Positions 50,718-62,542 of a stretch of DNA of 64,000 bases are shown here, in pieces. This stretch comes from Amoebidium appalachense (taxonomy: Eukaryota > Protista > Ichthyosporea). Below the pieces are notes generated by a model. It ran no database searches and had not been told where the DNA came from. It worked only from the letters and a program-made list of their open reading frames with translations. The stretch covers positions 2,604,001 to 2,668,000 of the forward strand of contig CAVNZM010000015.1 of assembly GCA_963693365.1 (NCBI GenBank), given 5' to 3'. How positions within the stretch are numbered: the first letter of the stretch is position 1; the number at the start of each line of letters is the position of its first letter. The position numbers were made by a program, and so were the translations under genes.

Positions 50718-52351
50718 ATGTTTGGGGGGGGGGGGGGGGGGGGGGGGGGGAGGCTAGGGTGTGCGTGTGTGTGCAGATGAACCAAGGATGACAAATAAGC
50801 GAAGAATCTTTTCTGTGGTGGTGGAGTTGTTGGGCGCCTGCAGGGGAGGGGGGGGGGGGGGGGGGGGATGTTGCCTCGAGTCTTTCAAAGCCATCCTTCT
50901 TGAACAGAGGCTTGCCATCCGGTCCGGGCGGCACATCCTTGTAGGTGTTTTTGAACTCCACCAGCCGCGAGACCAGCGTGTATGGGTCGGGAATAACCCG
51001 CCGGATGCGCTCCATGAAGTAGCTCAGGTCGCCGCCCTTGAGCTCGGTTTCAATGTCGATGCCCTTCTGCTCCAGCACCCCCTGTGAGGCAGGATGCCAA
51101 TATTAATTTACTACGCACACTGCAATTTGGGTTTGGTAGACTTTGATACCTGCCGTTATTGTAGGACCCCTCCCCTCCACCCCCCCCATCTTCTCCCCCA
51201 ACACAAGTAAAAAATGCATGTGGCTCTTTCCCCCCACAACCCTACATTATTTCTCTCTAGGCATATGAATAACCCCCACTCTCCTCCCCCCCCTCCCCCC
51301 CCCCCCCCCCCCCCCCCCCCCCCTTGCCCCCCCTCTCTCTGAGGCTCAGGCTCTCTCTCTTCCCTCAGAAGTTTTGTCGAAGGTGTGCATGGTTGTGGGT
51401 GGAATGGTGAGTGTGTGCTAACGAGTGTATGTGTGTGTGCGCGTCAGTCACGCATGTTGTTGTTGCCGTTTTTTTTATTTTTATTTTTTATTTTTTATTT
51501 TGGGGGGGGGGGGGGAGGGGGGCACCTTCACATGTCCGTAATCCTCTTCATTCCACACAAATATTGCCTCGCTGAGTGCGCGTGCGTACTCAGCCCTGCG
51601 GGGGTGTGACTTGTACGTGCCGTCCGCCGTGTTTGCAATGGAGTGGAAGGCGTCATTCAGCACAGTCTGCCACACCACCTCCCCAGGCGGTGCCTGGCCC
51701 AACATGCCCTCTCTGGGAGCTGCCTCGGGTCCCCCTGGGGCTGCCTCAAGGCCCCCCGGGGCTGCCTGGGGGTCCTGGGGGGGTGCCTGTGGGCCGGCAA
51801 GGGGTTGCTGCTGCTCGGCAGGGGGAGGGGCTGGGTCAGGGACCACCGGCACCTCGGCACCTGGGTCCGGTGGGGGCTGAATGGGCCGTAGCCACTGCAG
51901 GTGCACCATCAGCTCAAAGGGCGGCGGGCCCAGCTCTCCCAGGGTCTTGCCCTTGTCGGGGCCAAAGGGCACCTGCATGGCCGGCGACAGCACCTGATCC
52001 ACCCGCACCACTGCATGCTTCTTGCCCACCTTCATGCCCCCCCAGCGCTCCGGCTGCACAGCCAGCACCACCCCGGTGGCTGCTGCAGCATGTGGGCCCC
52101 GCCGGGGCACAATCTCAACCCCTTCACCGAGTGCCTTTGCATGAAGCCGCGCTGCATGTCATAGAGGGAAGCAAAAAACTCAGCCAAAAAGCCACAGCAC
52201 CAACGTTTTTCTCTTCGCTCCACAAAAATCAAATGCATATTCCTTAGCAACCCCCTTCCCCCCCCCCCCCCCCCCCCCCCTTCTCCCTCCCCCCCCCCCC
52301 TCTCCCAGTGCCCAGCTTGTGTGGCACTTGCACGTGTTAACAGTGCTATAG

Positions 52352-52393
<42 letters not shown>

Positions 52394-52629
52394 ACCACCA
52401 CCACCACCACCAATCACCCCCTCCTTTGATAGCCACCCGACACCCAGCATAACACAACTGGAACACTGGCCCATGTGGTCAGCCACCCCCCCCCCCCCCC
52501 CCCCCCCCCCTCCTCCCCCTCCCCTCTCCTCTGGGGGGCCCAAAATCTTTCTATATCTGGCATAAGCACATAAGCACTGGGGCAAAAAGCAGGTGGGATA
52601 CACACCTGACAGGTTTGGCCTATCGACCA

Positions 52630-53170
52630 CGGCCGAGTAGACCTGCAGGGACGCATATGCATCAAGGGCAGCGTAGGTGGCCTGCACCTCTGATAGCGGC
52701 TCGTGCCAGTTGGAGCATCGAACAAGTGCCGGCTTGGGCAGCTTCTTGCCTATGACCTGGGCAGTGATGTCGGCCAAGCCCCGGGCCGCAGAGGTGATAG
52801 CTGCACGGGCATAGCAGAACCGGCCCAGCTCCAGATAGCTGGCCACAGGGGTGCCGTAGTCCTTGTTGAGGTGGGCCGAGTCCGTGCCGATCTGCTTGCC
52901 CACCTTGATGATGCTGGGGTCCCTAAGCAGCGCAATCAGCTCGTCCACCAGCCGCGCGGGCGGGCTGTGGTTGGGGCCCATGCGTGCCAAGTGGAAGATG
53001 TACACGGCCCGTGCGGTGGCAATCTGCAGCGTGCAAACCTTGGACCGCGCCTGGCCCACCCGATAGACCCACTCGCAGTCCAGCCCCACCACGCGGTGCT
53101 GCTGCCCCTCCAGGTCGGCACGAATGGCCGCTGTAGCCACCACCGCCCCCTGGCAGTCGGTGTACACCGG
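52630..53170 (-). other. DEDDy 3'-5' exonuclease domain (WRN-exo/EXD2-like) inside the transposase
   Basis: ExoI VVGLDCEW, LQIA, LLRDPSIIKVG, ExoII IGTD, RCSNW, ExoIII QATYAALDA; the catalytic acidic residues and the Tyr are all present. Confidence 0.92.
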
Positions 53171-53524
53171 CTTAGGGTAGTTGGCCGGCAGCTCCAGCCC
53201 AGGCAGACCGTCCGTCACGCTTACCAGCGCAGCCTCGTTCAGACGGACGGGGCATTTTGGCCGGGCTAGGGTTGGAAACATGCGCTCAACAAACGCCCGG
53301 TCTTGGCAGCACCGATCTGTGTAGAAGAAGGCCGGGCCCTTGCTGTTGAGCGCCGCCGTGGTGGCAGAGATGCGCTGGATCACGGGCTCAATCTCCTGGT
53401 GGCTGCAGTCCCGTGTAAATACCTGCGCCCGGATCTCTGGGGTGCCGCACTGTGTGAGAGGGCATCTCCGAGCAGCCATGCATGTTCTAGCTTCCCTTAC
53501 CACATGGCCCTTCACGAGACTTCA

Positions 53525-53830
53525 GTGCCCACACAATCCTTTCCCCCTCCCTCCCCCCAAACCCATGTGCCCACATACTTTCCCCTCCCTCTCCCCCAAA
53601 ACCCTTCCCCCTCCTTCCCCCCAAACCCATGTGCCCACATACTTTCCCCAGGCCTCCCTTTCCCCCAAAATCTTCCCCCCCCCCTCCCCCTAAACCCATG
53701 TACCTACAATCCTTCCCCCTTCCTCCCCCTAAACCCTTGTGATCACAATCCTTTCCCCCTCTCTGCCTTCCCCCCAAACCCATGTGCCCACGATCCTTCC
53801 CCACTCCCCCTCCCCCCAAACCATGGGACA
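53525..53830. repeat. ~37-40-bp degenerate minisatellite (CCCAAACCCATGTGCCCACAATCCTTCCCC-like) in transposase intron 2
   Basis: About 7 units, each with AAACCC(A/T)TG followed by a C-rich spacer. Confidence 0.75.
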
Positions 53831-54001
53831 GCCCTCCATATGGCACCTACTGTCCCCCCCCCCCCCCCCCCCACCCCACCCCGGGCCTCTTGCCCTCTCT
53901 ACCTTCAACCCCGACGGTGGTGTCTCTCCCCCCCCCCCCCCCCCCCCCCCTGCATCCCTTGCAATCACTGGCCCCTACTCCCATTCTGCTTGGCAGAAGC
54001 T

Positions 54002-54050
<49 letters not shown>

Positions 54051-54282
54051 ATTCCCCGCCAAAAGAAAGCTCCACCCCAGCCCACCCCAATCTCTACCCA
54101 GCAAAAACACATACACACATATCTGGAGCTTCCTAGTTTTTGCTCGACAGGGCAAGAATTGTCCCCAAAACCCACATACTACAAACCTCTACTCACAGTG
54201 TGCCACCTCATTAAATGTGGAGCCTAAGAGATTTAAAGGCCCTAGAGGGGGGAGGGGGGGAGGGGGGGAGGGGGGCGTGTGT

Positions 54283-54313
<31 letters not shown>

Positions 54314-54968
54314 GTGGGCGTGTGTGGGGGGGGGGGGGGGAGGGGGGAAGGGGGCCTGGGGGAGAGTGGGGGGAGGGGGGAGAAGAGGAGGGACCACACA
54401 CCGCCAAGCTCGTTTACACAAGTCCATAGGCCTCGGTACAGAGGCTCCCCATTGATGCCGGTGAGCTTCCCAATTTGGAAGGTGTGGTCGGCCTTGAGCA
54501 CGTTGTTTACGGGCTTGAGCTGCGTGTCCAGGCTCTGGTACTTTGCCGTGCGGTCGCTGAACTCAGTATACACGGCACTCAGGTATTTGCCTGAACCCCA
54601 AGTACTGTTAGAACTCCACCACCCTCCCATCAGGACCATCCCCCCCATTCCCTCTAGTCCCTCGTGTTCATCTCACCTCTCTGTATTTTCGTAAGTCTGT
54701 ATGGCTTTTCCCATCTCAAAAACGCTACACACCCATCTCCGGCCGTTTGCCCCCCCCCCCCCCCCCCTCCCCCCCCCCCCCTCCCCCCGCCTCCCGGCGC
54801 GCGCAAACCCTCCAAGTCATTGCACCAACTTTCACCTTCTTTCCCCTTTGTGCCCCATCTGCAGTTTGTCCCCTGCACGTCCGTTTGCCCTTCCCCCCAC
54901 ACCCTCCTGCCACTACTATAATAACCATTAAGTACCGCCACCAAGATCCAGTCTACCACCATGTGCCC

Positions 54969-55009
<41 letters not shown>

Positions 55010-55158
55010 CTCTCCACCTCCTTTCCCCCAACACACACAGACACACATGCGCACACCCACCATCTAATTTCAGGCATAACAGTTCTCCACGATTTCCCAA
55101 GCACACTCACTGGTACATGGACCGTTATGCTTTCACCCCTCTGATGATCCCTCTGCCC

Positions 55159-55193
<35 letters not shown>

Positions 55194-55282
55194 ACCACCA
55201 CCACCACCACCACCACCATGACTGATTGCCACCACCACCACCTAATCCATCACCATGTCCCCCCTCCCCCCCCCTCCCCCCC

Positions 55283-55313
<31 letters not shown>

Positions 55314-57581
55314 ACGGACCCACAAGTACACGCACACTCACAGGCGCACATCCACCACCACACATCCACCACCACCATAATAGAAACTTATTGACCACAC
55401 TTCCAAAACCCATTTCCAAGTCCCCCCCCCCCCTAAAAAAAAAATAAAAAATAATAAAACAAAACCCTACCAAGCCAACCCAAAAAATGCCCAAGCACGT
55501 GCATACAAAACAATGGGGACCATTTACACACCCAAAATGCAGTGCACACTTGCCTGAAGGCACATGTCCAGCGTAACCATTTTTGTCACCAAACGCCGAG
55601 AACTTAGCCGCCTGCTCCTCTGGGGGAAGTTCTGTCAGGCGCTGGTCGTGGGGGCGGAAATCGTTACGCTTTTTGAGTTCATACTTGGTCCAATGCAGCG
55701 CCCTCGAGTAATACAGGAGCCGCTGCTCGTCGTATCGCTGCTTGTGGAGCTCCGAGAGGAGGGTGGCAAAGGCGTTTGGGCCCACACCTTTGTCTGCCAG
55801 TGCACGCAACAATGTTACCACCTTTAGGTCGAGCCCACTGCGGTGGCTAAGGTAGGCCGGAAACTGATCACGCATGAAGAGTGGAAGGCGTTTAATTGTC
55901 TGGGGGTTTGTGCCGGCAAAGTTTTTTTTGCATGTGTCACAAAAGTACCGGGCCGTGATAATGTAGTAGCAGCTGTCAAAGTCGATAACACGCCGTCCTA
56001 CGGGGTTGCTCATGAACCCATTGCGAGAAGTACGGTGTGGGTTGGGGTGGTTGTGGGGGTCCACGTAGTGATCATCGAAGGGGCACGGCACCATGAAACC
56101 GGGAGACAACCTTTCCGGAAGCCAGGCAAAACATCTGGGTTTGTAGAAAGGCGCTGGATCGCCCCCAAATTTAAAGCCTATAATGGGAGGTGGAAGATGC
56201 CACCCCACAGGCGTCTTCTCATCTTTGAGACTCTCTTTCACTGTGTGCAGGTGCGACTTGATTGTTTCGCCCGCCGCGTCAGAAAACTCCTCTCCACCGT
56301 CATCCCCGTCCGTATTATCTTCTCCCTCTTCCTCCCCTTCATCCTCGTCTACCCGGTACGCATCTGCTGCTGCATTTAGCAAAGGTTCCTCGTCGGGTTG
56401 CACCTGTATGTCTGGTGGGTGTGGAGCAGGGGCCCGATCCATTTCTCTTGGTAACGAATGGACGCTACCTGCCTCAACTACACGGGCCCTTATGTCGGCG
56501 GCCTTAGATAGAGGGGGCTGTTCGGGTTGTACGTTTACGTTTAGTTCCTGCAAAACAGCTTTGTTTGCCGTCCCAAAACCTGCAAAGTTCGCTAAAGGCT
56601 GAACAAATGCAGCATCTTTTTTTTTGCGCCCAGCTCCCTCCCTAGCTCCGCCTGTTTTATGCCCAGGGCGCTGTGTTGTGCCCTTAGGGCAGCCTGGCTT
56701 CATTTTAAACACTTGGGGCCTGGCCCCCTGCCCCCCTAGTGCGACTACGTTACCGCAAACATTCCCGTATTCCAGTGTGCTCGGCAATGCTGCTCATGGC
56801 CTTCCCGGACTGGTGGTTGTGACCAGTAAAGAGCGCGCCAATTCCTGACCGCCGCCTACAGCAGTGTATGATCTGTTATCCATATTCGGCAAAAGGGGTC
56901 TTGCCCAACCAATGGCTTGAATCCTTGTAACTTTGCTTTATCCATATAAGGTTAGCTGAACACCCCCCCTCCAATCATACCCCCCCTTCTCTCTAGTAGT
57001 AGCTCCTGGCATGCCGCACCCCCCCCCCCCGGCCCGCCCCCCCCGCGGTGAGTCGGTGACGTAATGGCATCTAAGGAATGTGCCACTCAAGATTCTGATT
57101 GGTAGGCTACATCGCCAGGCCCTGAAAACATTGTTCAAAACAAACAACAAGGACAAACTGAAACAGAATGGAGACTACAGTATTCCATGGAGAGTGGAAG
57201 GCCTTATTCCGGCCAGGGGCAGGTTCGATGTTCAGCCATGCACACATGCATCTTGTAAACACAAAAGGCAGGGCTACTGTAGGTGTACCATGTTGATAAT
57301 GTACTAAATTAACTAATGACTACTGAACACAGGTGCTCTGCATCTAATATACAAGCAAGCAAAGAAGAGTCGAACACACACTGAACCCAACCTCCACGGG
57401 ATCAAATTTCATTTTAGCATTATAAAAGTGGATATATGCCGATGCATATAGATGCAGCTATAATAAGCTTTCTCTGTCTTCTGCGAAGGCGGTTAGTTTT
57501 TCCCTGTGAGAAATAGTCAGGAAAAAACAACACCCACTATGTAGCACATTCTTGGGGAGGTCTCATCACACAACCGGTACC

Positions 57582-58524
57582 ATGAAAGGCAAAAACCTGA
57601 CGAACAGCCGCGACTACGGCACGCTCGTTGACTCTCCGAGCACGAGCAGCGACACTCTTCTTTCCACCCACAAAAGCCCCCACACTTCCACCGCCGAAAA
57701 AGTATACACCGGCAGATCCTCAACAGTCGTTGAGCTCCCAATCTCAGCACAAGTATTAAAACATGGATAAGTGGAAATGCTTCTATCGTGCTTCTGTTCT
57801 GCCTGTACATCACAATAAGAGGGCTTGACCGTGTGTGCCAAAAACGCTTAAACGATAGGATGCAAAACTACCTGGCGGCGTACATGTGCCCCATCTTTCC
57901 GCTCAGCTCATTCCTAGCCAAGTTCGCTCTCTTATTCACTCGTGCACTCAAAGCTTGCTCAACCGTAGCCGCAGAATTACCAGCATGTTTCGTTCCATCA
58001 TATCCAAGATTTCGCCCACCAGTACAGACTCTTTTTCTCCCAAAATATCGCAGCGGGTGCTTGCGTGTGTGTCATTTCTTGACCAGCTGGGCGTAGTGTG
58101 GTTGACTATTCCTGCCCCGTACATGTCGCTGCCGGCCCAGAGTCTTCTTTGCAATTCATCACTCGCCTATGCCGTCCTCATTTCTAGTTTGTGGCTGGGC
58201 ACCGGTACAATTATTTGCGCCCTCCCCCCCCCCCCCCCTCCTCCCCCCTGCCTGCCCTCCCCCCCCCCCCCCCCCCCCCCCGCGGCCCCTCCCCGCCTCC
58301 ATCCCCCTCCCCCCCTTCCCCCCCCTCCTCCCCCCCCCCCCCCCCACCCTCCCCCCTCCTCCCTCCCCAAACACACACACACCCATACACACTGTCGGTT
58401 GGCTGAACAGACCTTCTTTGTGCATGGCTCAGCGGGGTTCCGTGTTTTATGCAAGTAAACATGTGTATTCTGGGTGTGTGTTTGTGTGTGAGTGTGTGAG
58501 TGTGTGCATGCGTGTGCGTGTGTT

Positions 58525-58558
<34 letters not shown>

Positions 58559-58922
58559 AGTGTGTGTGTGTGTGTGTACTCAACTCAAGCCGTGTGGCGT
58601 ATGGACAGGTGGATGTGAATTTGGTTTTGTGTGCGTGGATGCATTGTGTGTGGGTGGGTGGGTGAGTAGGTTGGGGCCTACCACCTACTGAGGCGGTGGC
58701 TCCTTTCTTTTTTTATTTTATTTTTTATTTTACTTAAAAGGGACCCGCCTGAGTAGATGTATAACGTCGCACGTGCGGCAACACGTCAGTACGTGTTAGG
58801 GTTGGGGCATACTGGCTGGCAACCTACACCCAAAAACACAGCGAAATTCCACCATTGAAGAGTTTCGGGGGTTTTCTTCTTTTTCTTTTTTATTTTTTTT
58901 GCTGGGCGGAGACATGTTGGGT

Positions 58923-58953
<31 letters not shown>

Positions 58954-60604
58954 GAAGGGGGGGGGGGGACGTGCAGCCAACAGGTTTCTCCCGGGACTCG
59001 AGAATGGGGGTAAAAATTAGCTGTAGACAGACACAGCACACTTTTGATGCCTATGCCTCCCTCCCCCCCCCCCCCGCACCCCCCCTGTCCCTCTCCTTCT
59101 GCCCGATATCAACGACAACATTTGGTCTTTTTGTTTGAGGGGAGGGTACCAGCCTGGTGCCTTGAACATCCGAGGCTGCCTGCTAACATTTTGATACAAA
59201 GTAGTATATTGCATGGTAAAGTACTGTTCATGGGCAAAGTAGGGAGCAGGGAGGGAGGAGGAGAAGGGGGGGGGGGGGGAGGAGGAACCAGTAAGCAGCC
59301 CGCGCCATGGGACAAGTCAACAGCATCGTGCTCAAAACTGCATAGCTACTCCCCCCCCCCCCCCCCCCTCCCCTTCCCCCCCATACACAGACATCACCAC
59401 CACCACCCCAACCTCGAATCCACCACACGATTGTCGGTTCCCTCCCTAGAGCTGTATTCTATGGAGCTTTTGCTTGTGCCCTCCTCCCCCCCCCTTTTAA
59501 AAAGCCCCCCTTTTAAAAAAAAAAATTCATTCCAACCCCCGTGGGCACCCATTATCACGTTGTTGGTGTCCTTTCCACTAAAGCCAATCATTTCTGCAGT
59601 CTCCCCCCCCCCCCCCCCCTCTCCTCCCCTCCCCCCCTCCCACCGCTCACATTCAAATCCAATCCCTTTCCATACTCCCAACTTTCCGCCACTCCCCCAC
59701 CACCCAACTGTAAGAGCTCACACTTTCCCTGCCGTCCCAGACAGGGATGCATTCTTGCCTCTCCCATCTGTCTCTTGTTTCAGCTCAACGGACAAAAATC
59801 TGGGCACATGGGCGAATGCACACACACACCAACACCCCCGTTTACCACGCACAATCAGCAAACACCACATACACACACCTCCCCCCTTATTCCCCCCTCC
59901 CCCTCCTCCCCCTCCCTCCCTCCGTCTCCCCTTGGCTTGAATGGGCTCTGCTTATGATGAATACTCTTCACGTCTTCTTCGCAATCTGCTTTGGTTGTTT
60001 TGTCCAGTCATGAATTTGTACTCAGCACTATGAAGCACATTCTAACCCCTCCCTAGCTCCCCCAACGCACAGACACACACACACACACACACTGATACAC
60101 ACACACACACACGCACACACACACACACACACACACATGCACGCGCACACACACACACACACACATGCCCCCCCCCCCCCCCACGTACACGCAGGGCCTG
60201 CCACTACCTGGGCTGTTTCCTCATCTTCCTCTCAGCTGTGGTTTCAGTCAACGTGGAGCTACAGGGAGGGTCCAGCCTCACATAGAAAGACTCGTGGGGG
60301 CACACACACACCACCTCCCCAACGTGGTATCTTGTGTTTGCTACCGGATATCTGCCGTTGGCTCTGGAAAACTGCGCGCTGCAAAAGTACTCAAAGGCAA
60401 ACGATGCTGATGTGCTGCGGATCGTGGCTTGGGGCCAACTATACCAGGTAGGGGTGTGAATTTCTTTGTGTGTTTGTTTTCCAGCGGTTTTGTGGTTTTG
60501 CCTTGCCACTGTGTATGAGAACCTGTTGTTTGGCCCGGGAGGCAGTATGGAGCCGGAATGGATGAGAAAAGAGGTGGGGTGGTGGTAGTGGTGGTGGTGT
60601 GTGT

Positions 60605-60635
<31 letters not shown>

Positions 60636-60985
60636 GGGGGGGGACTCCGGGGGAGGTGTTTGGGTGACGGGGAAAGGAGTTGAATTCCTTGTGGATATGC
60701 GTGGTTGGGTTTCTCGTGTATTGTTGATGCTAGTATTATGCCTGTTGCATCTACCATGGTTGGTTGGGCAGGGATTTAGACTCAAAGTATGCCGGGTATT
60801 GTGTCAGAGGGTGCTGTCAAAATACTCACCGGGGTGTGGGGATGGGGAGGGGGGGGGGGGGGGGGGGGGTTGTCAGTGAACCTTTTTAAAACAGACATAT
60901 CCCAAATGACATGCTGGCTCATGCATGCAGACACACACACACTTACACACACGCACGCACACACACACGCACACACACACGCGCG

Positions 60986-61052
<67 letters not shown>

Positions 61053-61065
61053 ACACACACACATA

Positions 61066-61108
<43 letters not shown>

Positions 61109-61670
61109 ACACACACACAGTCCATCCCCATCGACCCTTCTAGCACCCCCACCTGCATCACACACACAATCACGTGCTTCCTCGGCACCCCACCAACCAC
61201 CTCCACTCTCGACCAATCATGCGCCTCCCCTGGTGGTGCCGCGTGGGAATGGTATCTTCTGGAACTAGTCTGCAACACGTTGACCGTGCTACTCTATCTT
61301 TATCTGTGTGAGACTATGTCAGCGACGTGGCTGTGTGTTGGGGGGGTTCTATGCGAGGGGGTCACTATGGTTCTTTCCACCCTGCCTCTGTTTATGGGCA
61401 GGGAGGCGGCCGGTGTGTCTTTGGAGCATTGGCTGGGTCTGGCATTGGCTGCCCTGGCTGTAAGTTCATTGGACCCCCCTCCCGCCCCCTCTTCCCCCCT
61501 CCCCCCCAAGCTGTGATAATCAAATAGCAAGCCCTCCCCCCCCCCCCCCCCCTCCCCCCCCTCCCCCTCTTCCCCCCTCATCTGCCCATGCTCCCTCTGT
61601 ATCCGACTCTCCCTGATGGCATGGGCCTTGCTTTAAAAGGCCTTCTGTCCGCTTATTCCCTTTTTCCAAG

Positions 61671-61714
<44 letters not shown>

Positions 61715-62103
61715 AAAAAAACCCGTCTCCTCCTCCTGCTTTCCCGGGTTTTCTGCGTACCCCCAACAAGGCAATATGCACCATATGACCATACGGGAAG
61801 CAATCACACCACAGCAATGCAATGAAGTGCATGGCCCCCAGTACACAACCTGCAGTCCTACACACGACCGAACCTGTTAGCACAGCCACCCTATTTCCCC
61901 GCAAAACAACAAATTTTATATGCAACGTACACAATCAGGGCCATTATATTCCTAACTTTTTAGTTGTATTATATTTACTCTACCCACGGCCATCCCACCT
62001 AGCAGCCTTTTCATCGTGGGTGGTCGGAAAAAGAACAAGGGCGAAAATGGGATTGATGGGATCTGGGACGGGTAGATTGCTTCTATTGTGTGCGCGCACG
62101 ACA

Positions 62104-62195
<92 letters not shown>

Positions 62196-62542
62196 TGTGT
62201 GTGTGTATTTTGTGCGGGTGCGTGCACATGTGACTGGTGTACGGGGGTTGCGGGTTGGTTTTTTTTTTTTATTTTTTGGGGGGGGGAGGGGGGGGGGGGA
62301 GGGGGTGGGCAATGAGATTTACTAACCTCACCACGAATATCCACTTCTCCCCGTCTCCGGCCCCCCCCCCCCCCCCCCCCCCCTTCCCCACCCACCACTA
62401 CAATCTGGAGGAGGAGCGGACCAAGAGCGGAGGGCAGATCTACCACACACACGTACAGGGCAAGCACACATACGAGGAGGTCGGGGGCACGGACACAGAG
62501 CCAGCAAGAGAAGAGGCACACAGGCCATCACCTGGTGTGTGA
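57582..62542 (+). pseudogene. CRT-like (chloroquine-resistance-transporter-like, DMT superfamily) transporter, apparently decayed
   Basis: Collinear blocks: LYITIRGLDRV...MQNY (~57790), SQRVLACVSFLDQLG...PAPYMSLPAQSLL...ISSLWLGT (58030-58204), [12 protein letters not shown]...WYLVFATGYLPLA...DVLRIVAWGQLYQ (60195-60447), ITCFLG...DQSC...LSTLPLFMGRE...HWLGLAL (61150-61459), YNLEEE (62399). Lesions: frameshift near 57760, in-frame TAG at 60283-60285, and no clean splice site at ~58205 or ~62395. Confidence 0.68.

Larger units (their letters stand above)
48842..56703 (-). mobile_element. Spliced DDE transposase-like gene (DUF6729-like domain, DxFH type) with a nested 3'-5' exonuclease; ~1533 aa after correcting one frameshift
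   Basis: Exons 56703-55554, 54590-54402, 53436-52606, 52151-51526, 51081-50875, 50441-48842 total 4603 nt (3n+1; the extra base is in the C8 run at 50396-50403). Motifs in order: GAGRKKK, PCP...GRRVIDFDSCYYIITARYFCDTC...FPAYLSHRSGLD, LKADHTF, YTDRCCQD, exonuclease, NDAFH, RIRRVIP, GCLSDP, YRCIRGTNEVEG, CKTC...C...C. Element termini not established. Confidence 0.8.

Noticed and set aside
59950-60030. C/D snoRNA suggested by ATGATGA
   Set aside because: The box is not conserved in other copies of the repeat and no convincing D box or terminal stem was seen.
60283-60285. TAG reassignment (alternative genetic code)
   Set aside because: The globin-domain gene appears to end in TAG, the other genes have no in-frame TAG, and the same gene has additional lesions.
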